NCBI RefSeq assembly: GCF_009914755.1
Contig: NC_060936.1
DNA: 64,000 nt
Source of the DNA: the human T2T-CHM13v2.0 reference genome, Homo sapiens
Reading direction: 5' to 3' (one strand)
The notes under the pieces are model-generated. The model was given only the letters and a program-made list of their open reading frames with translations, was not told the DNA's origin and ran no database searches. A program made the position numbers and the translations under genes. Shown here in pieces: positions 52,706 to 64,000 of this stretch (the stretch's first letter is position 1; each line of letters starts with the position of its first letter).

Positions 52706-53614
52706 ATCCTCCCTGTCCCCCTCCTCTGTCCCATACCCTGAGTGCTATTCACATATGATTTCCTCAGTAATTATTTGTTGACTAGTTGGATCACAAAAAA
52801 GAGGAGCTACTCTTAGGACTGCTAAAGATAATACTATTCTTTGAAAGATCTTTCTCCTAGTCTAATTTGCTTTGATTTTTACTTCCTTTAACACATAATG
52901 CTGAGCCCAGTCCTTACATTTGCAAAGGTCTGCCTTTGGCCTTTATACAGTATTAGTAAAAAGTAAGCTTTCATCATTAGTCAACTAATGAATAAGAGTT
53001 CAGCCATTGCTGGACAGACTTGAACTCAGAAGGGAAAAAGGTTATTCTTTTTTTCATTGTAATGAAACTATTTATATGAAAATAGACCATTATGTCTTTG
53101 GTATGAAATCTGGGACTTTTGAATAGCTTCTTGAATTTTATTTCTTTTCTTTCTTTTAAATAAACCATTATCAGCCTTTTATTCATTACTCATTCTGTTT
53201 GAAAAAATAATATGTTTTTTTTCCTAATATCCAAGACAACCCAGTTTCAGGCTTGGTTTTTTGCTGTTAGCAAGACCACATTGCCCTTGCCAGAGAATTT
53301 GGTGGGACAGATTTAAAGTTGACTTAAATTAGTTAATTGTAAAAGTCCCCCAGAGTTGATGGAACTCAATATAAAAATTCTATTCAAATCTCCTCTAGGA
53401 ATGTTCATTGCAAGGCAAGCTCTCAAGGGGTCCATCTGCATTTATATCCAGCAACAAGAAACAGAGCTTTGCTAACTGGTAAGTCTTCTATGACTGTGAT
53501 GCTTTCACATTGGACTTGAAGCAAAATATGAATCAGCTGATAAATGTGAAAAATTTCAGTAAGGCATTTAAAATTGAGCAGAAAACAAATTTTCTGGCAG
53601 ATTATGCCACAAGC

Positions 53615-54430
53615 ATATTCATTTAATCAAATATTTATTATACATCTTCTAGGCAACATTCCAGGCATTGTGCTAGGTGCTGACATAAAAGATGATGATC
53701 ATATATCCTCTGCTTTAAAGGAGCTCTCAGAAAAGTAGGGGAAAGTAAATAGGCAAGTTGATTGTTTTACATTTTATTGAGGAAATGATAGCAACAGAGA
53801 TATACACAAAATGCTGTGGAAGCACCTAATCAGCCTGGTGGTGAGAGACAGATGAGGAAAACTTATTGGAGGAAATAATGCCAAAGCTAAATATTATAGG
53901 ATGATGAGGGTTAGCTAGACCAAAGGTGGAATAAAAGCATTCTAAGAATGAAAATAACATGAGCAAAGACATGGGAGTAAGAACTAGCATAGCATGTCTA
54001 TGAATTTGCAAGTAGTTCTGTGTCACTTGAGTATAAACATAAGATGAAGTGGCATGAGGGGTTAAATTATGGTAACTTTTTGCTTTTCTGTCCTGTTAAG
54101 GAGACTTAGTTTTAGCCTCAGGCTATGTGGAGCTGTTGAGGTTTTAAACCTGAGAATGACCTGATCAAATTTGCATCTACGTAGATCATTCCATGAATTG
54201 TGTGGAGACTGCATTTGAGAGGCCCAAGATTGAATATAGGTGGGGCCAATACAAGGCTGTAGTTGCAGGAGATGGTAAGAGCTTGACATCAGGCTGTGTG
54301 GTAAAGCTGGAAGGGGAGAAATGTGAAAGTATTTAGGACCTAAAACAACAGGTCTGTTTGCATGTGCTTGTTTGGATTTGGGAGATGATAAATCAAGGCT
54401 GAATCCAAAATTTATCATTTTCATGGTTAA
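53615..54430 (-). mobile_element. L2 fragment
   Basis: atttaatcaaatatttatt..ccaggcattgtgctaggtgct; aaagcattctaagaatgaaaataacatgagcaaagacatgg. Confidence 0.75.
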
Positions 54431-54898
54431 ATAAGAAAATTAATATTTTAAATGAATTTATTCTCAGATAAGTATGCTGAGCATATTCCTAAACAGTACC
54501 CTAGCAAAACAAAACAAAAAGAAAACAATGCAACACATATGTCATAATAAACAGAATACAATTGCAGAATAGTCTTTACTTTGGGCTCTAAAATAAGTGA
54601 AACCAGACAAACCAAATACTCACTTTATGAAAGAGTTTAAATGGCAGAAAAATCAATTTTGTACAAATATACATGAATGTATCCTTGGATAATTGAAATC
54701 AATACATGAATTAGATGAGTTCTCCCTGCCAATTGTCTTAATGAATGATGTCATGAAGCCAGACTATCTAGTCTTGGTTCTCTATTTCTGCTGCATTGAC
54801 AAACCATAGAAAATTAAAGCAACATACATAATTTTGATCCGATTTCCTGATCATTGCAGAGACCTAGCTTAATGGCTTTTTACAATTACTATTGGAAT

Positions 54899-55504
54899 TG
54901 TAAACCAAAAGTATCTGAGACAGATCTCAATCAATTTAGAAGTTTATTTTGCCAAGATTAAGGACATGCCATGACAGCCTTGGGAGGCCTTGAGAACATG
55001 TGCCCAAGGTGGTCGGGTTACAGTTAGGTTTTATATGTTTTAGGGAGACATAGGACATCAATCAATACATGTAAGATGTACATTGGTTCAGTCTGGAAAG
55101 GCAGGACAACTCGAAGCCAGATGGAGGGCTTCTAGGTCATAGGTAGATTCCAAGATTTTCTGACAGGCAATTGCCCAAAAGAGTTTATCAAGACTTAGAA
55201 TCAACAGAAGGGAGTTCCTTGGTTAAGATAAGAGGTGGTGGAGACCAAGGTTTACATTTTGTAAATGAAGCCTCCAGGTAGCAGGCTTCAAAAATAATAT
55301 ATTGTCCTCAAGTCTCTTTTAATGTTAATGCTGGTCAGTTGTGCCTGAATTCCAAAGGGAGGAGGGCATAATGAGTTATGTCTGACCACCCATTTCCATT
55401 ATGACCGAAACTTGTGTTTCACGTTCACTTTGGAATGCCCTTGGCTTAGAAGAGGGGTCCATACAGTTGGCTGACAGTGCTTAGAGTTTTATTTTTGGCT
55501 TACA
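54899..55504 (-). mobile_element. MER4A-family solo LTR (ERV1)
   Basis: tgtaaaccaaaagtatctgagacagatctcaatcaatttagaagtttattttgccaag..ttttatttttggcttaca; TG/CA ends, 606 bp. Confidence 0.85.
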
Positions 55505-55994
55505 GTGTTCACAGTTTTTGCTGATGCCCCAAGTCTAGCTAAATTAGATGTTGTTTTAGTTGGGTTGAGGATTCCAATTGTGTATTATTTTCTCCTAATG
55601 AAAGGAAACTTAATATCTTTTATTTTCAGTCTAGGTACAGTTGATATTTATTGCATCCATTCCTTATAAAAACACCAATAATACCTCTATTATACAGAAA
55701 AGTAAATGGAAGCCAGAGACACTATTAGAGTGAGAAGTGAAGAAAAGGAGATTTCACTCAGTCTCTTGTGAGTATACATGACCTTCTGACACTGCATCTA
55801 ATAACCTTGCATGTTCTAATCCTTGGGCAGAGAGAACAAGAGACCAATGATCTCCAGTCAGTTTTCCTTTATTATAATTTATCACTCATCTTCCCCCCAC
55901 CATCTTTTTTTCAAGTAAATATATTTGTTTAAATTAAGAGGAAAACAGTATAGGAACTAAAGTGTATTCAGTGCTTACCATGCACCTCATGCAT

Positions 55995-56190
55995 GAGTTA
56001 CAAAGACTTTTGAGTCATATGGATTTGAGTTTAATTACAGGTTGTCCTCTTTACTAGCTGTGTAGCTCCAGGCAATCACTTAAATTCTCTGACTCAAGCC
56101 TTCTCACCATAAAATCAAGTTTTGTAAAGACTTAATACAATATTCTAAAAAATACTGCATAAAATAGGTAGCTTCTAATATTACTTCTTT
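55995..56190 (+). mobile_element. MIR
   Basis: ttactagctgtgtagctccaggcaatcacttaaattctctgactcaa. Confidence 0.6.
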
Positions 56191-57635
56191 AAACCTTTTG
56201 CCTAGGTTATTTCACATATGTAAGTCTGTGAATCAATACAATAAGGTATTTAAACAAGATGAGACCAAGACATTAAATAAAATTGTCAACATTATCAGAA
56301 TGAAGCAGAAGCAAAATTTAAATGTCAAATTAATTCTAAAAAAGTGTATTCTTTCTATTGTAACATTAGAATGCATTTATTATAAATAGCAGATCATATT
56401 TATAAAATGTTTACTTCAGCCAAATATTTTGTGTATATGTTTTTAATTTAATTCTAAAAACAGGCTTTTGAGGTAAGCAGGATTTTGTCCCTACTTTTCC
56501 CAAGGTCACACATTAAGAAAGTGTTGGATAACTCAATATTCTACACACACTATTAAATAGATATATGCTTTAAAACATATTTTTCTGCGATCAATCTATT
56601 TTGTCAAAATCACAGCTAAAAATTGTTGCACAAGTGTCTATGCCTATACAAACTTGGCCCAATTCAGAACATTAACTGCAAGCACCATAGCCTGGTTCCA
56701 ATCTATTAAAGCAGAAAAATAAATTTATGGAAAGAATATTGAGTAATTCAGTTTCACTGAGAAGCCTAAAGCAATGGAAAGCCTTCGATATCCACAGTCA
56801 AACATGATGAAACCAGTTCAGTGAGGACCCTGCTGCCATACTGCCAAGCCCTGGACTGCACATCTGAGGCCCAGCCACCTCATGCACTGCACACCACCTC
56901 CAATGGCAGCACCCTTCTCTTATGTCCTGGAAAAACTTTGCATTGCCTCTGAGGCTGCCAGTTGGCCTCCAGGTTGATTCTCCATGAGCTTCTGGCCAGC
57001 TTTGGAGGAAGCTGGCAAGGCAATTATCAGGCAATTTCAGATTCTATTGTTTGAGGTGGGCTCTGTCTACCTCCATCCTCAAACAAAGGAAAAGAATTGA
57101 GATTTTGAGAAGCAGTTCTTTCTCACAAAAGAGGCAAATATCTACCCCACTGCATAAGCAGCAATGATCAGGCAACCCAACTCTCACCTTAAATTTGTGC
57201 TCACCAGGCCATTTTGTAATATATTTGGCAGTACTTGGAGTTAAAGAAAGAAAAAAAAAAAAAAGCTGAGTTAATAATGAATGAATGAAATCATTCTACA
57301 GTATGCATTTTAAAAATAATCGATCTTGTATACATTATGCTTTGTTTCTTTTTTACATACCCTGAGAATTTTGAAAAAATTTGTTACTCAATATCAACTA
57401 ATCTTAAAATATTGATGAGTAATATGCATAAGGTAAATGTATTGTTAGTTAGCCAAATGACTCATGAGATTTTAAGAGTTTAATAACAAAAAGAGTTATT
57501 AAAAGTTGATCATCCTATTTCAACACCATCGTTTTTCAAATAAGCAGAAAAAGGCCAAGAAACATAAAGTGAATTTTCTTAAATGTGACAGAGACAAAAC
57601 AAGGAGTTTATTTCTCTTTGTACGTAGATGCTTCT

Positions 57636-57802
57636 TTTAAAATTTTTAAAGTTTTAGATTCAGGAGGTACATGTATATATTGAGTAATGCTAATGTTTGG
57701 GCTTCTATCAAACCTGTCACCCAAATAGTGAACATAGGACCCAATAGGTAGTTTTTCAGCCCTTCCCCACTCTCTCTCTCTTTATTTTGGAGTAGCCAGT
57801 GA
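57636..57802 (-). mobile_element. L1 3'UTR fragment (L1PB/L1MA-like)
   Basis: cctgtcacccaaatagtgaacataggacccaataggtagtttttcagccc. Confidence 0.75.
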
Positions 57803-58589
57803 GTATAACAAAGTTTTTTGAATTCTAATTTTAAATAATGATCGTTGATTTTATTAGCTTGATAATAGCTTGATACGTATATATGTATATAAGATATTAA
57901 GATTGGTGAACCTTGCCTTAAATATTGCATTGAATCTACTAAGGGCATTGATAGTCATCCCTCATCCTCACTCAACTACTTCCATAACTGCAATAGTTTA
58001 GTTTACAGAGACACTGAAAATGGCTATTATGATTATTCCACAAATCTATGTCTTCAGTAGATTCTCAAGAAGCTTTATCCTTCCATTCAAAAGTCTTCAA
58101 TTTTAGTGTATATCATTGGGTAGCTATGACAATTCTTCCTTTTTGTTTGCAGTCAGAATATTGAGAACATATTATTTGCACTCCAGCCTTAAGGTCTCTT
58201 CCTGCATTACCAAAATATATTGATTCAGCCATCTTCATATTCCAACAGTAATCTTGTCCACAGGCATGAAGAAGCTTAATGCCCTTGGGCCAACATTAGC
58301 TCAGTTTTGCTTTTGGTCCTATGTAATGTTACTACTCTTCTTTCTTAATTTCTGCATATTTTTCATTAAATTATTCACCAAAAACTGTGGGAATGTATAA
58401 TGTGCTAGACTACAGAGAGCAAATATATGATGTGCATGTTGCCATTCCTACAACTAGGGCTCAAGATGGACATCGTTAATCAATCCTGTCATTTTGGGTA
58501 GTATGATTTTGATTCTTCTCAACAGTCTGTCCTGGGTAGATAGTACTTCAGAGTTAGATTGCAAGTTGAAAGGTATTTAAAACCTACTT

Positions 58590-59380
58590 AAGACCTACTT
58601 AAGACTTCTGTGCTAGGTATGGCAAATGACAAATGAAAAAATACCCTGACCACACAGAATAGTGAGAAAGACTGATCAATAAACCACTAGATACAGTATA
58701 GTACTTAACATGTTATTATAGATTTGATCATAAAAATGACAACACTTAAGAAAAGTAGGACTTGGGGAGGCAGATGTGAGGCTAACAAAGGCTCTTTTCA
58801 GATAGGGTAAAGCCTGAGTTTAGTTCAGAGGAATAAGTAGAAATTGACCAGGTAAATATGGAGGTGGGTGAAGGGCACTTTATGGAGGCAGATGTGAGGC
58901 TAACAAAGGCTCTTTTCAGATAGGGTAAAGCCTGAGTTTAGTTTAGAGGAATAAGTAGAAATTGACCAGGTGGGTGAAGGGCACTTTATGGAGGCAGAGG
59001 CAGTGAAGTGTGTAAAGCTAATTAGCCCTGAGAGACCCTGGCTTCTCTGGAGAATACCAGCACACTTCAGTGCAGCTGGGATCAGGTAGTTGTAAGGGAT
59101 TTGTCAGAGTCAAGGCAATCCATCCTAAAGGAAATGGGAAGCCATTGATGGCTTTAAGATAAGAATTCCTAGTATGGAAAGGTCACTTTCCCAGATGTTT
59201 GGAGGACAGAGGAAGTTAAAGCAGGACACAGGGAAACCTACAGGAAGGCTTTTGTATTAATTGAGAGAAATGACGAGTGCAATGATCATACACAGGAGTT
59301 TTTAAAAACTTCGAATTGATAGAACTTCATGACTCATTAGCTATACTGAGAAATGGAAAATTAGAACTCTAAATGAGTTC
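58590..59380 (-). mobile_element. L2 fragment containing a recent tandem duplication
   Basis: ttctgtgctaggt..; ggaaatgggaagccattgatggctttaag. Confidence 0.6.
58766..58998. repeat. Tandem duplication (118-bp and 106-bp units)
   Basis: ggaggcaga at 58766, 58884 and 58990; the copies differ by one substitution and one 12-bp indel. Confidence 0.95.
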
Positions 59381-60278
59381 TAAATATGTAACCTGTGGCC
59401 TTATTTATTTCCCTGAATTTCAGGATTTCTTGCACTGATTTCTTAGGCTCTAACTCCCATTACCATCATATCAATTGCTCTAAGCTCCTGGAGTTTCTGC
59501 AACCATTAAAACCTTAAGATTTAACATTCTCCTACTACTTTAAGAGTCTCCCCTGATCATGAAATTAATCTGGACCCAAGACTAATGAAACACATGACCT
59601 GGTTGTCTTTTTCCTAGGTAGCCTGGTTTTGCCACTAGTCTTGAATTTTCCTACAGTCACATTTTTTAAAAATTCAAGACTCAAATCTCTGTTCTTATTT
59701 TGGTATTGCAACTCCTAGTCTCTGACTTACACAGTATTTTTGTGAAGACCCCTTATTCTGTCCTCTCTTGAATTTTTATCTCATTTGGCTACCACCTCAT
59801 CCTGTAGTCTTAGAAAAGAACACTTTTATTGAGAGGAACAACTTCTATTAAAAAAATGAAAAGTAACTGGTCTTTACAATGCTTTTTTAATAAGGCATAA
59901 GAATGAGACAAGAGATGCAAACAACTACCTAGAAAATTTGCAGGTACTATATTTTACTTTTATAAGTATAGTCTACAGATTCATAACGCTATTATAGGGA
60001 ATAACGGAGAAGAGTTACCATTATCTCCTGGAGACAAGCACCTTGAGGGAAAAAGCTAAAACCTGTGGTTTCCATAGAGGTGAATTTATCTTCTTGTGTC
60101 AATTAGACGTTTCCTGAATTATTGACTGTAGGTGAAGATAGTTTATTTAAAACATGGTGGTGCATTTACTAGCTATTAGAAAGCAAATAACTCACTATAG
60201 GCCTTTCCAGCCAAGTCCCTCCTAATTCCTTCATTTTCAAGTCACTAGCACACTCTAGGCAGAAGCCAAGATGTCCTA

Positions 60279-60564
<286 letters not shown>

Positions 60565-62420
60565 AAGACTCCTTTTTTGAAAATAAAATCTAACATAAAG
60601 CTTAAGAGAAGCAAAAGCTTTGTTTCTACAGGAGTCTCTCACATGTCTGAAATGTGCTTGTCAGATTCACTCAATGTTAAGGAATTGGTTTGTTCTCATT
60701 ACTGAGAATGAAAGGCACAGCAGACATCTGAATGAGCGGGATGAGGCAGATACGCCTAGAAGATAAAGATAAAGTAGAGGTTGGCTGGAAGGAGCTTGAG
60801 GAAGTAGGAAAGTATCAACACCGTCTCAGAGGAACAAACTGTTGCTTTGTAGTGTATCCAAATGATCCTCTAAATTATTTTTTGAGATGCATTGTTCTGT
60901 ATCAAACAGATCACTGAGTCAACAGGGAAAAGCTGATTTTCCCTTCGGAGTTCATTCATTAGCTGAGTGATCCTAAGTAGTAAGTTGAAAAATGTACATT
61001 TATTTTCAGATGGCAGTGTTAAATATTTAGTAACTAAAAATTGGCTAGTCGATCTTTCAACTGCAAGTCAAGAGATACTAATGAATTTATTTTTCTTGGA
61101 AGTCATTACAAATATGACAAATTATTTTTATACCAGGATAATTGAAATATAAATTGCAATAGGAAAAAAATTACATAACTTTGTATTACACAATTGTTTT
61201 GACTTTTATGAATTACAATGATTATTTGTATGGCATAACCATTGAAATTGTTGATCTATGTGTACATTTGCATGCTGAAATATGTGAAGTAATATCTCTC
61301 TTCCTATCTGCTGCTTTTGATTTAATATGATGTTCAGGAATGCTATATGCTTATTTTTAAATTTAGGATGGTTTGGCTTTTTTTGGGGGGGGTGGGTAAT
61401 ATTACCATTAGCAAACAGCATAAGAATACTATATTTTGATATGGAGAATGTTTGTAAGTAGCAACGAAAATGCAATTAATACACTTGAACTAAGTAGAAA
61501 GCTTTCAAAGTCTTTACCTCTTGATTAGAATTAATCATGAGTTTTGGTTTCAAAAAATTTAAATATTTGTGACAAAAAATAAGGTTGTAAAAAAAATCTG
61601 TCAAGTCCTGCTATTTATAGTAAGATAAACAGAGGATATACTGAGGCAGAATCTTCTTTTTGAGATTAGTTGAGATTAACTGGAGGATATCCATCATGAT
61701 TAATATCAATTGGCATTTAAAATAGTTACATTAATTGTACTCTTCTAAATCATCTACGTGTGTGTTATGTGACATATTAAAGATAAGCGGAAATTTGGAA
61801 ATAATTCCTTGAACAGAAGTGTGAAATTTTTTTCCCAACTCAACCTGACGAACTCACCTGAGTGGAAAGTTATGTCTGCTGATCAATGAAAGTGATCTAT
61901 TTTGTGGGTCACAAAGTTGAATAAAAAAGATGTCCCTTGAACTATAAGTCAGACTCAACAATATTTGTCACTTCATTCTTCCCTGAAAAATAGATATTGG
62001 AGAATAAACTTATTCAACTCTAGCTATTTTACAGAATAAAATCAGGTCTTAATGGTAAGTACATTTTACCTATAAAATATGTCTTAAAGTTAATTGCCCA
62101 AATTGGGTGATACTGCTAAAATATCCTTAATCACAGCCATAATTCATTATATATTTAATATAATAAATATTAAAAGACTGCTAGAAATTAATACAAAGGA
62201 TAATTTATATTGTATTGGGTAGATAAACTTTGTTTTGTTTTCATACATGTAGAGCTAATATATGAATATAAAGTATCAATATTTTATTGTCTTATTGTTT
62301 GAAAGAGAGATACATGGTTTGCAAATATTCTGAATCCTGTATAATCTTTTTGAGTTTGGATAATAATAATTTGTTTTCCCTTTTGCCTTTCTGCTTTATC
62401 TTCCCTAACTATTCTCTCTC

Positions 62421-64000
62421 TTTTTTTTTTTTTCCCCAATTATACTTCAAGTTCTGGGATACATGTGCAGAATGTGCAGGTTTGTGACATAGGTATACAC
62501 ATGCCATGGTGGTTTCCTGCACCCATCAACTCATCATCTACATTAGGTATTTCTCCTAATGCTATCACTCCCCTAGCCCTCCACCACCCTGACAGGCCCC
62601 AGTGTGTGATGTTCCCCTCCCTGTGTTCATGTGTTCTCATTTTTCAACTCCCACTTAGGAGTGAGAACATGCAATGTTTGAATTTCTGTTCCTGTGTTAG
62701 TTTGCTGAGAATGATGGTTTCCAGCTTCATCCATGTCCCTGCAAAAGACATGAACTCATCCTTTTTTATGGCTGCATAGTATTCCACAGTGTATATGTGC
62801 CACAGTTTATCCAGTCTATCATTGATGGGCATTTGGGTTGGTTCCAAGTCTTTGCTATTGTTAGTAGTGCTGCAATAAACATACATGCGCATGTGTCTTT
62901 ACAGTAAAATGATTTATAATCACTTGGATATATATCAAGTAATGGGATTGCTGAGTCAAATGGTATTTCTTGTTCTAGATCCTTGATGAATCGCCACACT
63001 GTCTTCCACCATGGTTGAATTAATTTACACTCCCACCAACAGTGTAAAAGCATTCCTATTTCTCCACATCCTCTCCAGCATCTGTTGTTTCCAGACTTTT
63101 TAATGATCGCCATTCTAACTGGCATGAGATGGTATCTCATTGTGGTTTTGATTTGCATTTCTCTAATCACCAGTGATGATGAGCTTTTTATCATATGTTT
63201 GTTGGCTGCATAAATGTCTTCTTTTGAGAAGTGCCTGTTGATATCCTTTGCCCACTTTTTGATGGGGCTGATTTTTTCATGTAAATTTGTTTAAGTTCCT
63301 CATAGATTCTGGATATTAGCCCTTTGTCAGATGGATAGATTGCAAAAATTTTCTCCCATTCTGTAGGTGGCCTGTTCACTCTGATGATAGTTTCTTTTGC
63401 TGTACTGAAGCTCTTTAGTTTAATTACATCTCATTTGTCAATTTTGGCTTTTGTTTCCATTGCTTTTGGTGTTTTGGTCATGAAGTCTTTGCCTATGCCT
63501 ATGTCCTGAATGGTATTGCCTAGGTTTTCTTCTCGGGTTTTTATGGTTTTAAGTCTTACGTTTAAGTCTTTAGTCCACCTTGAGTTAATTTTTGTATAAG
63601 GTGTAAGGAAGAAGTCCAGTGTCAGTTTTCTGCATATGGCAAGCCAGTTTTCCCAACACCATTTATTAAGAAGGGAATCCTTTCCCCATTGCCTGTTTTT
63701 GTCAGGTTTTTTTAAAGATCAGATGGTTGTAGATGTGTGGCATTATTTCTGAGGCCTCTGTTCTGTTCCATTGGTCTATATATCTGTTTTGGTACCAGCA
63801 CCATGCTGTTTTGGTTACTGTAGCCTTATAGCATAGTTTGAAGTCAGGTAGTGTGATGCCTCCACTTTGTTCTTTTTGCTTAGGATTGTCTTGGCTATAT
63901 GGGCTGTTTTTTGATTCCATATGAAATTTAAAGTAGTTTTTTTTTCTAATTCTGTGAAGAAAGTCAGGGGTAGCTTGATGAGGATTGCATTGAATCTATA
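62421..64000 (-). mobile_element. L1PA 3' portion (approximately L1PA7/8), continuing beyond the window
   Basis: Poly(T) at 62421-62433 and 3'UTR. ORF2 C-terminal ORFs at 62766-63194 ([16 protein letters not shown] zinc knuckle) and 63702-63920. Confidence 0.95.

Noticed and set aside
58580-58605. Micro-duplications (acctacttaag twice; similar at ~11615, ~22108, ~47428, ~51761)
   Set aside because: Ordinary slippage events at the expected frequency.

Overview
Primate, probably human, AT-rich and repeat-dense genomic DNA that looks intergenic or intronic. I find no intact protein-coding gene, RNA gene or CRISPR array. Bases 1-13.5 kb are an old minus-strand L1M/L1MC host carrying four TSD-flanked insertions: a 3'-truncated L1PA (5'UTR plus start of ORF1), a full-length decayed L1PA, an AluY and a MER41A LTR. 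At 20.7-21.5 kb is a 5'-truncated PABPC4 retrocopy whose MLLE domain sits in a chimeric 180-codon ORF. Other content: a hAT/Buster (Charlie) transposase fossil (35.4-37.0 kb), a probable RTE-clade LINE fossil (49.6-50.9 kb, possible endonuclease piece near 58 kb), ERVL/MaLR/ERV1 LTRs, Tigger3, many Alu/L2/MIR copies and an L1PA 3' end running off the window. The most unusual items are mechanistic scars (internally primed L1, fold-back inversion, serial template switching, a recent 118-bp tandem duplication, an 83-bp MITE hairpin) and a speculative chain of decayed plus-strand exons at 19.8-28.5 kb. Subfamily names come from recalled consensus sequences and need RepeatMasker/Dfam confirmation.
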